DNA of 64,000 nt. It comes from Mobula hypostoma (Eukaryota). The stretch is from contig NC_086108.1 of NCBI RefSeq assembly GCF_963921235.1, positions 43,278,001 through 43,342,000 on the forward strand, in the 5' to 3' direction. Made by a program: the position numbers and the translations under genes. This document shows, one piece after another, positions 24,826 through 38,152 of the stretch (positions within the stretch are counted from its first letter, which is position 1; each line of letters begins with the position of its first letter). The notes below the pieces were generated by a model. The model saw nothing but the letters and a program-made list of their open reading frames with translations, had not been told where the DNA came from and searched no databases.

Positions 24826-25238
24826 CGGTACTGTGCAAAACATTTAGGCACCCTAGATTTTTCATATGGTTTCAAATGGTGTGGCCTCCACAGAGCCCTG
24901 ATCTCAACCTTAATCAAAGCTGGATGGGATTACCTGGAGAGACAGAAGCAAGTGAGACAGCCAAAGTCTAGCAAAAGCTGTGACTAGTTCTCCAAGATGC
25001 TTGGAGTAATCTCACAGCTGATTTTCTTATTAAAACTGCATGACAGTGTACCCAAGAGAATTGATGCAGTTTTAAAGGCAAAGAGTGATCACACCAAATA
25101 TTGATTTTAGCTTTTTACTGTTTACAGTTCTTCATAGTAATTTTTTGATACTTAGAAACTTTTCATTTCATTATTTTTGAAACCATCTTCGCTTTACAGA
25201 ATATTTTTACATGTACCTAAGACTTTTGCACAGTACTG
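24826..25238 (+). mobile_element. Tc1-like MITE or deleted element
   Basis: TIRs CGGTACTGTGCAAAACATTTAGGCAC and GTACCTAAGACTTTTGCACAGTACTG; left TA; Tc1 transposase motif WPPQSPDLN in ORF 24759-24971. Confidence 0.85.
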
Positions 25239-28200
25239 CAGAAAGAGTGAAAAAGAGGTGAAAATGGATATTGAACTGCTGGAAAATAATGATGGAGAGG
25301 TAGTAGTGAAGGACAAAGAAATGGTGGAAGAACTTTTAAGTATTTTGTGTCAGTCTGCACTGTGAAAGCCACCAACAGTATGCCAGAAATTCAAGAGTGT
25401 CGGGGGCAGAAGTGAGTGTGGTTGCTATTAGGAGAAGGTGCTTGGGAAGCTGAAAAATCTGAAGGCAGATAAGTCACCTGAACTAGATGGACTACACCCC
25501 AGGATTTTGAAAGAGGTAGCTAAAGAGATTGTGGAGGTATCAGTAATTATTTCCCAAGAACCACTAGATTCTGGAATAGTTCCAGAGCACTAGAAAATTA
25601 GAAATGTCACTCCTTTCCTCAAGAAGGGAGGGAGGCAAAAGAAAGGAAATTATAGGCCAGTTAGCCTGACTTCAGTGGTTGGGAAAATCTTGGAGTCTAT
25701 GATTAAGGATGAGGTTTTGAGGTACTTAGAGGTGCATGATAAAATGGGTGGAAGTCAGCATGGTTTCCCTAAAGTGGAAATCTTGCCTGACATGTCTTTT
25801 GGAATTCTTTGAGGAAATAATCGGCAGGATAGACAAATGAGAGTCAGTAAATATTTTTTACTTGGATTTTCAGAAGGCCTTTGACAAGTTGCTGCACCTG
25901 GGCTGCTAAACAAGGTAAGAACCCATGGTATTACAGAAAAAATGTAGCATGGATAGAAGATTAGCTGACTGTCAGGAGGCAAAGACTGAGAATAAAGGGT
26001 AACTTTTCTGGTTGTCTGCTGTTGACTAGAGATGCTCCACAGGGGTTGGTGTTGGGACTGCTTTTCCTGTTATATGTCAGTGATTTGAATGATGGATTTG
26101 TGCGGATGATATGAAAATAGGGGAGGGACAGGTAGTGTTGAGGAAGCAGAGAGTCTGCTGACAAAGACTGATTAGGAGAATGAGCAAAAAGTGGCAGAAG
26201 GAGTATAGTGTTGGGAAGTGTATAGTTATGCAGTTTGGTAGAAGGAATAAAAATGTAGCCTATTTTCTAAATGGGAAGAAAATTCAGAAATCAGAGGTGC
26301 AAAGGGACTTGCATGTCCTTGTGCAGGATTCCCTAGAGGTTAACTTGCAGATTGAGTGAAGGTAAGGATGGCAAATGCAATGTTAGCACTCATTTCAAGA
26401 AGACTAGAATATAAAAATAAAGACGTAATGTTGAGGTTTTATAAGGCATTGGTCAGGCTGCGCTTATTGTGAGCAGTTTTGGGCCTCTTATCTAGGAAAA
26501 GTTGTGGTGCCATTGGAGAGGGTCCAGAGGATGTCACGAGAATGATTCTGGGAATGAAAGGGTTAACGTATGAGGAGCATTTGATGGCTCAGGGCCTGTA
26601 CTAGCTGGAGTTTAGAAGAATGAGGGGGATGTCATAGAAATCTATAGAATATTGAAAGGCCTTAATAGAGTGGATGTGGGGAGGATGTTTCCATTAGTGG
26701 GCAAGTCTACGACCAGAGAGCACTGTTTCAGAATAGAGGGATGTCAATTTAAAACACAGATGAAGAGGAATTTTTTTAGCCCGAGAGTGGGAATTCTGTG
26801 GAATTCGTTGTCACAGACATCTGTGGAGGCCAAGTCATTTGGTATATTTAAAGTGAAGGTAATAGGTTCTTGATTAGTCAGGGTGTCAAAGGTTACAGAG
26901 AGAAGTAGGAGAATGAAATTGAGAGGGTTAATAAATTAGCCATGATGGAATGGTGGAGTAGACTCTGGACCAAGTGGCCTAATTCTACTCCTATGTTTTA
27001 TGGACTTACACTATGATCTAATTAAAATGCTTAAGGCATTTTACATGGTTAGAAAAGGCATAGGGAGATAAAGGCAGGCAAAAGGTGTAAGCTCAGGTAG
27101 ATATTTTAGTCGGTGCAAACAAGTTGGGTTTAAGGGCTGTTTCCAAGTTGTATAACTCCATGACTGTAACAACATTAGGGATATATTTCTGGTGCCTTGA
27201 GTACCTGCTATGGGTAGCTCAAGTGTAAAGGAGTTCAGGGATAACTGCTGAGTATACCATGAATTTGTGCCAGATCTGAGGTCTTGTCAGACACTGAAGG
27301 CTATTGTGAATTTCATTGTCAACCCCTGCTTTTACTGAGTGGTGGCTCTTTCTTTCTTTTTAAATCTTTTTATTAAATTAGTACACACATGGTAAAACAT
27401 AAAGCAACCAATACATTGTTATGATATAGATATACAAGAAATATTAATACAAAAAAAACAATGAAAACAACATAGGTTAGTTAAAAAATAACAAGGTAGT
27501 ATAATTGCATACTAGTTTTCCATATAACGGTAAAGAGAAAAAAAACCCCGAAGAAAAAAAAATCCAAAAAAACTACCGTGCCACTAAACTACAAAGCAAA
27601 GCAATGGGCTAGCTAGGTAAATAGTAGACTTAACCAGATTAAACAATCACGTCCTCAAACCCGACCTCCACTAATAACAGATAAAATCCACGAAGGGAGT
27701 ATATATGTGATCAGAGAGAAAAAAAAAGTGGTAGCTCTCAAGCTATGAGAAGTGGTTCAGGTTTTTCAGAGTATCACCATGAATCTTTATTGTCACAATG
27801 TGGTGGTGTGCAGCAGAAGCAGCTATGGAGAAGGCTTTTGTCATGTGGATGTTGAGCGCAAGGCCCATTCCAGTGCTTCAGAGACTGAATCAACCATGGC
27901 CTCTGCACATGTGTAAACGTAAGAATTGTCCACATCACATACTGCATCTTGACTAGTAGTGTCCACAAATGTATTGCCAAGGCCAGCTAAGTCCCAAATC
28001 TGGGAAAAGGAAGAGATAGCAACAAATAAGAAATTACATAATTCAAGAAAGCGAAATATTGATTATCAATGTAAGAAGACATGGTGTCTTCTTGTTTTCT
28101 ACCACACAGAAGTAATTCCCAGAGCCCTGCATTGGCAAATGAGGTCTTCCCCAAATTTTGTCCATTTAGAAGTACAGTGGATATAAACTTCACTGTGTGA

Positions 28201-28728
28201 CAACTGCAAGGAAAATGCAGGATGCAGTTTTGAGACTTTTCATGCCCTTTTTTTTGAATTATTTAAATCTTTTAGATCCAACAAAGTCATAGATTCATAG
28301 ATTAATAATGCATTGTAAATGTGCCCTTTGGCCCAACTGGTCCATGCTGACCACAGCAAACTCCCTGCTAGTCCCAGTTGCCAAGGTTCAGCCCATAACT
28401 CCAAGCCCTTCCTTCCATGTACCTGTCCAAATGCCTCTTAAATGTTATAGTGATACCACCTCAGTCGTTTCCTCTGCACCTCATTACAAGTACACATCAT
28501 CCTCTGTGTAAAGAAGTTACCTCTCGGGTCTCTTAAATCTCTACTCTCTTGTGGTTATGGACTCTAGTTTTGGAGACCCAGTCCTGGGAAAGAAAGGCTG
28601 TCACAGTTCAGTTTATTCATACCTTTCAAGATTTTATAAACTTTTCTGAGGTCACCTCTTACTCTATGCTTCAAGATATAAAGATCCTGCAATGACATTG
28701 GTAACAAGCTGTGTTGGCACTTGGCCTT

Positions 28729-28888
28729 CCCTTGGACTACATCTGTGATGTGGAGAGGGGGAACATGCCGCGTGGGCAACAGCCGGTTCTTCAGATCTTC
28801 TCACCCAGGCTTGCGCCCCGGAGAGGACACAATCCACCAGAGGTGCAAACTCATGATCCCCTGGGATCAACGACTGCCTACTATTACT
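28729..28888 (+). mobile_element. Short GC-rich SINE-like insert within a CR1 3' fragment (~28285-29030, - strand)
   Basis: GC-rich block unrelated to the flanking CR1, ending in a CCTACTATTACT-type tail; family not identified. Confidence 0.4.
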
Positions 28889-31829
28889 TTTATAAAATCC
28901 AACATGGCCAAAATCTCCTCATTACTCAGGCCCTCTAGTCCAGATAGCACCTCCTCTGCCCCCTCTCCAGCTTGACAATGTCTTACATATATGAGGTGAC
29001 CAAAATTGTTCACAGTACTCCAAACGTTCTCTCCTCAAATTCAGTTGCCCACTGTAACTTGCCTTCAACTTATGTTTGATTCATGATAATATGTGAGCTA
29101 CATTCCAGCCAATAGATCTATTAACAGTACTAAAGTCATTGAGGACTGATATCATGTTATAATTTGCATAAATATTTGACAATTTTTATTGTTACAGTGT
29201 TTCATTTTGCCTCCAACAACCTTCCTGCAGGAGTGGAGCTAATCTTCAACTTGAATTTGTCCTATCTGCTGGGTAGATAGGACAAAGGTCATCCAACAGA
29301 AGGGAATCCCAACAACACAAATAGGACCCCAATACAATGCGCTCAACTCTGTGGCACTCCAGCACCAGCTGAGAGTTCATTAAACAGGACAGAATGCAAA
29401 AACCTTCAAGCTCTGCATCTGGCAAAATGGCATTCCAATATTCATCTTGTGCACTTAGCAGAAGAACCCCTCAAGAGGCTGGCATCTTACTGCAGCACTC
29501 TATGCACCCAATCTTAGCACACTATCTCATGCTCCCAGCAGGACAGTAATCATTTCGAGAACTGCATACTGCAACTTGGGCACTGCAAAGACAACAATAA
29601 AGCAAATTAACACTAGAAGACTGTGCACCCGACAGCAAGGCAGTCCAGTGTCAGCACACTGTGTACCCAGTACTATAGTGCATCAAAGTTAGAACACTTA
29701 GTACTAGCAGGATGACAATCTAGCACACTACTGCTGATAAGATCGTATCCCAGCACTATCACAATGCAATTAGCAGGATAGTGCATCAACACCAGGATAT
29801 TGTAATTGGTTTATAGTTTGTCAGATATACCAAGATAAAGTGAAAGGCTTTTCTTTGTATGTCAGCTGGATAAATAATTTCATGCACTAGTGTATTGAAG
29901 TAGTACACACACAAAAAAAGCAAATAAAGTGCTATAGTTATGGGGAATGTGGAGTGCAGGTAGACAAAAAAAAGTGCAAAGGCTATGATAAGGAAGTTTG
30001 AAAGATCAAAAGTTCATCTTTATCGTCTCAGAGATCCTTTCAAGAGTCTGATAATAGTGGGAGAGAAATTGCCCTTGAGCCTGCTTGTATCTTGAAGCTC
30101 TATATCATCTACCTGATGGAAGGGCAGAGAAGGGATTGATGGCAGAGTGGGGGTCCTTGATTTTTTTGGCTTCTTTCCCTTGGCAGCGAGAAGTGTAGAC
30201 AGAATCAATGGGGTCTCGTGCAGACCAGTTGATACACCAAGTTGTGATGCATCCTAATAGGATGCTTTCCAAGGTGCATCTGTAAAAATTGTTAAAGCTC
30301 ATAGAAACATAGAAAACCTACAGCACAATACAGGCCCTTCAGCCCACAATGCTGTGCCAAACATGTACTTACTTTTGAAATTACCTAGGGTTACCTATAG
30401 CCCTCTATTTTTCTAAGCTCCATGTACCTATCCAAGAATCTCGTAAAAGACCCTATTGTATCCGCGTATTGGAGGCATGCTGAATTTTCTTCACTCTCTG
30501 AGGAACCAGAGACACTGGTGTTTTTCTTGGACATAACATCCATGTGGCTGGAACAGGACAAATTTTTGTTGATATTTACATCTAGTTACTTGAAGCACCC
30601 AAACACCAGAACATTGCATGTTATGTGTTGACACCCTAACACCAGTATTCTGTGCATATTGTGTGTCAGCATCCCAGCTGTAACAATTTCAGTATGCAAT
30701 ATGTGGCACCTCCAGAACCAGTGTCCAATGAATTCAATGTGCATCTTATAAAATTAAATTCTGCTGTACATATATTCCACAAGTTAGAGCCCATCCAGTG
30801 GGATAGTGCTCCATGTTCATCTGAGATTAATAAGGCTGCTACAATAATAACATAACAAAACAGAAGGATTCACTAGAAAAACAGATGGATTACAGAAAGC
30901 TTGTATGGGCTCTTGTGCCATTTTAGGGTACAAATTCAGTTCTAGATTCCATGTTATGACAAAGAGGTCCAAAGTTCAAAGTAAATTTATTACAAAGTAC
31001 ATTTATGTCATCATATATACAACCCGGAGATTTGTTTTCTTGTAGGTATACACAGTAATTCCAATAAGCATAATAGAATTAATGATGAATACATTAGATG
31101 TGCCTATTAAACAAGAGGAAATAAACTTTTTATGAGGCATTAATTTCACTAATTCCTAAAAAAGATGAAGATTTATCTGAATGTGCCTCTTATAGACCAA
31201 TTTCTTTACTAAATGTGGATTCTAAAATTCTTTCTAAGATTTTGGCTAATAGGATCAAGAACATTTTACCTAAAGTTATCTCTAACGATCAAACTGGATT
31301 TATTAAGAATACATATTCACACTTTAACATTCGGAGACTATTGAACATTATTTATTCCTCTCCATCCAAAGAACGTGAATGTGTTGTTTCCCTTGATGCA
31401 GAGAAAGCCTTTGATAGGGTAGAGTGGTTTTATTTATTTGAAATTTTAGAAAGGTTTAACATTGGTCCGGGTTTTATTTCCTTGATCAAATTGATCTATT
31501 AAGCTCCTATGGTTGGGGTTATAACTAACAATCAAAAATCTCCATATTTTAGACTATACAGAGGTACCCAGTAGGGCTGTCCTCTTAGTCCTTTGTTATT
31601 TAACTTGGCTCCAGAACCTCTAGCTATTACTCTTTGGAATTCTAATACTATTCAGGGTATTAAGAGAGGGGAGAAAATGCGTAAGGTTTCGTTGTATGCA
31701 GACGACTTGTTAGTCTACATTTCAGATCCTAAGAAATCTATTCCTTCTATGTTATCCACATTCTACAAATTTAGTAGTTTTTCTGAATATAAGTTAAATT
31801 TATACAAGAGTGAGCTATTTCCCATTAAT

Positions 31830-31915
31830 CAACATACATCAAAGTTGCTGCGTTCACCAGCAACTTTGATGTATGTTGCTTGAATTTCCAGCATCTGCAG
31901 AATTCCTGTTGTTTG
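31830..31915. mobile_element. 86-bp Penelope fold-back micro-insertion
   Basis: 21-bp perfect stem (31830-31850 with 31858-31878) plus the pLTR terminal extension; 14-bp TSD TATTTCCCATTAAT at 31816-31829 and 31916-31929. Confidence 0.88.
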
Positions 31916-33329
31916 TATTTCCCATTAATAATCATTTGGACCAGTATGAGCAATTACCTTTTAGTATTGCTAAAAATCAATTTACTTACCTTGGTATTAA
32001 AGTTACTAAGAATTTTAAAGATCAGTATAAATATAATTTTCTCCCATTAATTGATTATACCAACAAATACTTTCTAAATGGTCTCCTATGACGCTATCAT
32101 TAATTGGTCGAATTAATACTATTAAAATGATAGTTCTACCGAACTTTTTATATACATTTCAATCAGTTCCTTCATTTGCTCCTAAATGGTTTTTTGACAG
32201 AATAGACTTGAAAATTTTATCCTATATTTGGAACAATAAAAATCCTAGATTGAGTAAACCTTTATTGCAGAAATTTAAAAAGGATGGTGGTATGGCTTTG
32301 CCAAATCTGTACTACTGGGCAATTAATATTCGATATATTACCTGTTGGATTCATTATTCAGACATATATGACTGTCCTTTATGGGTGGATTTGGAGAAAA
32401 ACTCGGTGAAGGGGTATTCCTTGGCCTCTTTACTGGGAGCTCCTCTTCCTCTTCTGTTCTCTAAAATTGGTAAACAAGACCTTAATCCTATTATTAAACA
32501 TACATTAAGAATTTGGTTTCAGTTTTGCAGATTTTTTTAATTAAGTAATTTTGTCCTTTCTCGTAAAATATATTTTAAACCATCAATTTTAGATCAGGCT
32601 TTTTAAATTTGGAAAACCAAAGCAATAGTAACTTTTTTGGATTTGTTTATAGGGGATTGCTTAATGTCTTTTACTCTGCTAGCGGATAAATTTGATTTAT
32701 CCAATGTACACTTTTTTAGATATTTACAAATTAGGAATTTTTTTTACGTACTTTGCTTCCAAATTATCCCTCCGCTTAGCCATCTAATATAATAGATACC
32801 CTCTTCCAGGTTAAACCACTCCAAAAAGGATTAATAGCTACAATTTATAAATGGTTATTGAATTTACGAATTATATCTAACGATAAAATTAAAGGTGCGT
32901 GGGAATTGGAATTTCAAGAGTTACTTTCAGATAATCAATGGAGTAAAATTTTTCATCTGGTAAATACTTCATCTATTTGTGCCTGTCATTCCTTGATACA
33001 GTTCAGGGTAGTGCATCGGGCACATATGTCAAAGGATAGATTAACCTGTATTTTTCCCAATATTAATCCTATTTGTGATAGATGTAATACTCAGGTGGCC
33101 ACTTTAACTCACATGATTTGGTCTTGCATAAAATTGGAGAATTTTTGGAAAGGTGTTTTTAAAACCTTATCAAAAGTGCTGGATCTGGATTTACAACCAA
33201 ACTTATTTACAGCTATTTTTGGGATTATTCCATCGGAAGCAAGATGTACTCCTGCTTCTGCTCAGCAGATGATAGCCTTTTCAACCCTATTGGCAAGGAA
33301 AGCCATTTTACTTAAATGGAAGGACCCAT

Positions 33330-36300
33330 TTGGGTGACAGTCGGGGGGAGGGAAGCGAAGGTGAGCAGACCAGTAGTGCAGAGCCCCCTGTAGCCATTCC
33401 CCTGAATAATAAGTTTACCGTCCTGGATACTGTTGGCGAGGACGACCGACCAGGTGTGAGCCACGGTGATAGGTCCTCTGGCACTGAGTCTGACCCTGTG
33501 CTGCAGAAGGGTGGGACGGAGAAGAGGAGAGCTGTCGTCATTGGAGACTCTATAGTCAGGGGAGCAGACAGGAGATTTTGTGGACGTGAGAAGGACACCC
33601 GCATGGTTTGTTGCCTCCCGGGTGCCAGGGTCCGGGATGTCTCTGATCGGGTACACGACATCCTGGTATGAGAGGGAAAGCAACCAGAAGTCATGATACA
33701 TGTTGGGACCAACAACATAGGCAGGAAGAGGGATGAGGTCCTGAAGTGTGAGTTTCGGGAACTAGGCAGAAGGCTGAAGAACAGGACCTCAAGGGTGGCG
33801 TTCTCAGGATTGCTGCCACTGCTACGTGACAGTGATGGTAAGAATTGGAGGAGATGGCAGTTGAATGCGTGGCTGAGGAGTTGGTGCAGGGAGCAGGGTT
33901 TTAGATTTTTAGATCATTGGGATCTCTTCTGGGGAAGGTGGGACCTGTACAGATTGGATGGGTTGCACCTGAACTCGAGGGGGAGCAATATCCTTGCAGG
34001 TAGGTTTGCTAGCATGGTTCGGGAGGGTTTAAACTAATTTGCAAGGGGGATGGGACCCAGAGCGATAGAGCAGTGAAAGAAGTGCATGGAGTAAAGCCAG
34101 ATCTAACATACAGAGAGGCTTTGAGGAAAGAGAAGCAGAATAAATGGTGTAAAGACAGTAAGGTAGAAGGGCTGAAATGTGTGTACCTTAATGCAAGAAG
34201 CATCAGGAACAAAGGTGATGAATTGAGAGCTTGGATACATACATGGAATTATGATGTAGTGGCCATTACAGAGACTTGGCTGGCATCAGGGCAGGAATGG
34301 ATTCTCTATTCCTGGATTTCAGTGCTTTAAAAGTGATAGAGAGGACGGAAAAAGGGGAGGAGGGGTGGCATTACTGGTCAGGGATACTATTACAGCTACA
34401 GAAAGGGTGGGTAATGTAGCAGGATCCTCTTTTGAGTCAATATGGGTGGAAGTCAGGAACAGGAAGGGAGCAGTTACTCTGTTGGGGGTATTCTGTAGGA
34501 CCCTGGTAGCAGCAGAGATACAGAGGAGCAGATTGGGAGGCAGATTTTGGAAAGGTGCAAAAATAACAGGGTTGTTATCATGGGTGACTTTGACTACCCT
34601 AATATTGATTGGCACCTGATTAGTTCCAAGGGTTTAGATGGGGCAGAGTTTGTTAAGTGTGTCCAGGATGGATGTGGACAGGCCGACCAGGGGGAATGCC
34701 ATACTAGATCTAGTACTAGGTAATGAACCGGGTCAGGTCACAGATCTCTCAGTGGGTGAGCATCTGGGGGACAGTGACCACTGCTCCCTGGCCTTTAGCA
34801 TTATCATGGAAAAGGATAGAATCAGAGAGGACAGGAAAATTTTTAATTGGGGAAAGGCAAATTATGAGGCTATAAGGCTAGAACTTGCGGGTGTGAATTG
34901 GGATGATGTTTTTGCAGGGAAATGTACTATGGATATGTGGTCGATGTTTAGAGATCTCTCGCGGGATGTTAGGGATAAATTTGTCCCGGTGAGGAAGATA
35001 AAGAATGGTAGGGTGAAGGAAACATGGGTGACAAGTGAGGTGGAAAATCTAGTCAGCTGGAAGAAGGCAGCATACATGAGGTTTAGGAAGCAAGGATCAG
35101 ATGGGACTATTGAGGAATATAGGGAAGCAAGAAAGGAGCTTAAGGGGCTGAGAAGAGCAAGAAGGGGGCATGAGAAGGCCTTGGCGAGTAGGGTAAAGGA
35201 AAACCCCAAGGCATTCTTCAATTATGTGAAGCAAAAAAGGATGATAGGAGTGAAAGTAGGACCGATTAGAGATAAAGGTGGGAAGATGTGCCTGGAGCCT
35301 GGAAGTGAGCAAGGTCCTCAATGAATACTTCTCTTCAGTATTCACCAATGATGATGGTGAGGACAATATGAGTGAGGTTGATGTTCTGGAGCATGTTGAT
35401 ATTAAGGGAGAGGAGGTGTTGGAGTTGTTAAAATACATGAGGACAGATAAGTCCCCAGGGCTTGACAGAATATTCCCCAGGCTGCTCCACGAGGCGAGAG
35501 AAGAGATTACTGAGCCTCTGGCTAGGATCTTTATGTCCTCATTGTCCACGGGAATGGTACTGGAGGATTGGAGGGAGGCGAATGTTGTCCCCTTGTTCAA
35601 AAAAGGTACTAGGGATAGTCCGGGTAATTATAGACCAGTGAGCCTTAGGTCTGTGGTGGGAAAGCTGTCGGAAAAGATTCTTAGAGATAGGATCTATAGG
35701 CATTTAGAGAATCATGGTCTGATCAGGGACAGTCAGCATGGCTTTGTGAAGGGCAGATCGTGTCTAGCAAGCCTGATAGAGTTCTTTGAGGAGGTGACCA
35801 GGCATATAGATGAGGGTAGTGCAGTGTATGTGATCTATATGGATTTTAGTAAGGCATTTGACAAGGTTCCACCTGGTAGGCTTATTCAGAAAGTTAGAAG
35901 GCATGGGATCCAGGGAAGTTTGGCCAGGTGGATTCAGAATTGGGCTTGCCTGCAAAAGGCAGAGGGTGGTGGCGGAGGGAGTACATTCAGATTGGAGGAT
36001 TGTGACTAGTGGTGTCCCACCAAGATCTGTTCTGGGACCTCTACTTTTCGTGATTTTTATTCTTGACCTGGATGTGGGGGTAGAAGGGTGGGCTGGCAAG
36101 TTTGCAGATGACACAAAGGTTGGTGGTGTTGCAGATAGTGTCGAGGATTGTCAATGATTGCAGAGAGACATTGATAGGATGCAGGAGTGGGCTGAGAAGT
36201 GGCAGATGGAGTTCAACCCAGAGAAGTGTGAGGTGGTACACTTTGGAAGGACAAACTCCAAGGCAGAGTACAAAGTAAATGGCAGGATACTTGGTAGTGT

Positions 36301-37006
36301 GGAGGAGCAGAGGGATCTCGGGGTACATGTCCACAGATCCCTGAAAGTTGCCTCACAGGTAGATAGGGTAGTTAAGAAAGCTTATGGGGTGTTAGCTTTC
36401 ATAAGTCGAGGGATAGAGTTTAAGAGTTGCGATGTAACGATGCAGCTCTATAAAATTCTGGTTAGGCCACACTTGGAGTACTGTGTCCAGTTCTGGTCAC
36501 CTCACTATAGGAAGGCTGTGGAAGCATTGGAAAGGGTACAGAGGAGATTTACCAGGATGCTGCCTGGTTTAGAAAGTATGCATTATGATCAGAGATTAAG
36601 GGAGCTAGAGCTTTACTCTTTGGAGAGAAGGAGGATGAGAGGAGACATGATAGAGGTGTACAAGATAACAAGAGGAATAGATAGAGTGGATAGCCAGTGC
36701 CTCTTCCCCTGGGCACCACTGCTCAATACAAGAGGACATGGCTTTAAGGTAAGGGGTGGGAAGTTCAAGGGGGATATTAGAGGAAGGTTTTTTTACTCAG
36801 GGGGTGGTTGGTGCGTGGAATGCACTGCCTGAGTCAGTGGTGGAGGCAGATACACTAGTGAAGTTTAAGAGATTACTGGACAGGTATATGGAGGAATTTA
36901 AGGTGGGGGCTTATATGGGAGGCAGGGTTTGAGGGTCAGCACAACATTGTGGGCCGAAGGGCCTGTACTGTGCTGTACTATTCTATTTTCTATGTTCTAT
37001 GTTCTA
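33330..37006 (+). mobile_element. Long CR1 LINE (ORF1 esterase, APE endonuclease, RT), frameshifted
   Basis: SGNH esterase motifs VIGDSIVRG, HVGTN, DGLHLN (33330-34037); endonuclease LNARSI..K, ITETWL, SDH; RT DFSKAFDK, KFADD; (TTCTATG)n tail ending ~37006. Confidence 0.92.
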
Positions 37007-37849
37007 ACCCTTCTACCGCCTTTTATTGGCTTTCCTCTATCATGTCCTGTTTAAGTCTAGAGAAAATAAGAAGTCGGACATTGGATACATCCTTTAAATT
37101 TGAAGAAATCTGGTGACCTTTTATTCAATATTTTCATATGATCCGATTTTTGTACTGATTCTCTTCCAGCTACTTTTTCAGAACCTTGGATTTGATCAGA
37201 GAGTCTCTCTTGGTTTTTCTCTCAGGATGGATTGCCCAGTCCTTTGGTTTTTCTTCTTTTTTATATATAAAAATTTCTAATAGTCCTTCCTTTCTTCATA
37301 AATTGAGAATTACATTTTTTTCTGTATTATACATTCTATATCAAATTTATACTTTGAAGATCAACACTGTGTGATTCTGATATTGTTTATTTTACCTTCT
37401 GTATGTACTGTTACTGACATATATACCAGAGATATTCTCCTCCTGTTTGTATACACACTTTTTTTTACAATCGATAAAAAGATTGATGAAAGGAAAAGAA
37501 TTAATGAAAGACCACACCCAACAGGACAAACAACTACTGTGCAAATACAAGAGAAAAAAATAAATAATAAATAAACAAGCAATAAATTTTGAGAATATAA
37601 GATAAAGAGCCCTTGAAAGTGAGTCCATAGCTTGTGGGAACAGTGATGGGTCAAGTGAAGTTATCCCCTCTGGTTCAAGAGCTTAATGGTTGATGGATAA
37701 TAACTGTTCCTGAACCTGGTGGTGTGAATCATGAGACTACTGATTACTGACGGAATCTGACCATCACTCGCGAGGCTGGCATTTATTGCCCATCACTAAC
37801 TAACTGAGAATATGATTGTAAACCTCCTTCCAACAGCACTGTGGTCCCG

Positions 37850-38110
37850 ATGATAAGGGGCGGGGTTCGAGGAGTATCAATGAGAGACAAAACAGAAAAT
37901 GCAAGCAGCGTTTAGCAGGTCACGTTGCATCTGTACGAAGAAGACTGGACTGACTGAAGAGGCGGGGTTTGAGCGGTGATGGTGTGAGGGGTGGGTTTAA
38001 TGTGAGAGGCGGAATTTGATTGGCGACTGCGTAAAGGAGCCAGGTTGGCTTTTTTGTGCAGGTCTCTGTCTTACGTGGGTGCTAGACTTTCACGGTTCCA
38101 CTCGGCAACA
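37850..38110 (+). promoter_or_regulatory. RTCA CpG-island promoter
   Basis: GC boxes GGGGCGGGG (37857-37865) and GAGGCGGGG (~37959); reverse CCAAT (ATTGG, 38019-38023); CpG-rich to ~38640; immediately upstream of the ATG. Confidence 0.6.
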
Positions 38111-38152
38111 ATGGCTGAATACATTGAAATTGACGGTGGGATAATGGAAGGG
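38111..38152 (+). CDS. RTCA: RTCA exon 1 (coding part)
   Basis: ACAATGG Kozak context; MAEYIEIDGGIMEG|gtgagt, matching vertebrate RTCA ...VEVDGSIMEG; phase 0. Confidence 0.93.

Larger units (their letters stand above)
20430..27010 (+). mobile_element. Old CR1 LINE(s) hosting several younger insertions
   Basis: Decayed endonuclease (~20820-21390) and RT (~25400-26870) pieces plus a 3' end near 26960-27010, interrupted by a Penelope pLTR, a young CR1 and a Tc1-like MITE. Confidence 0.7.
31086..37496 (+). mobile_element. L1/Tx1-like LINE, 5'-truncated and split by CR1
   Basis: RT motifs YRPISLLN, DQTGF, SLDAEKAFDRVEW, LYADDLL; CCHC knuckle CDRCNTQVATLTHMIWSC; resumes after 37006; 11-bp TSD AGAATTAATGA at 31075-31085 and 37497-37507. 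Confidence 0.88.

Noticed and set aside
37767..37774. CTCGCGAG palindrome resembling the TCTCGCGAGA promoter motif
   Set aside because: Flanks mismatch the consensus, and it sits at the edge of a repeat-like fragment (GCATTTATTGCCCATC).
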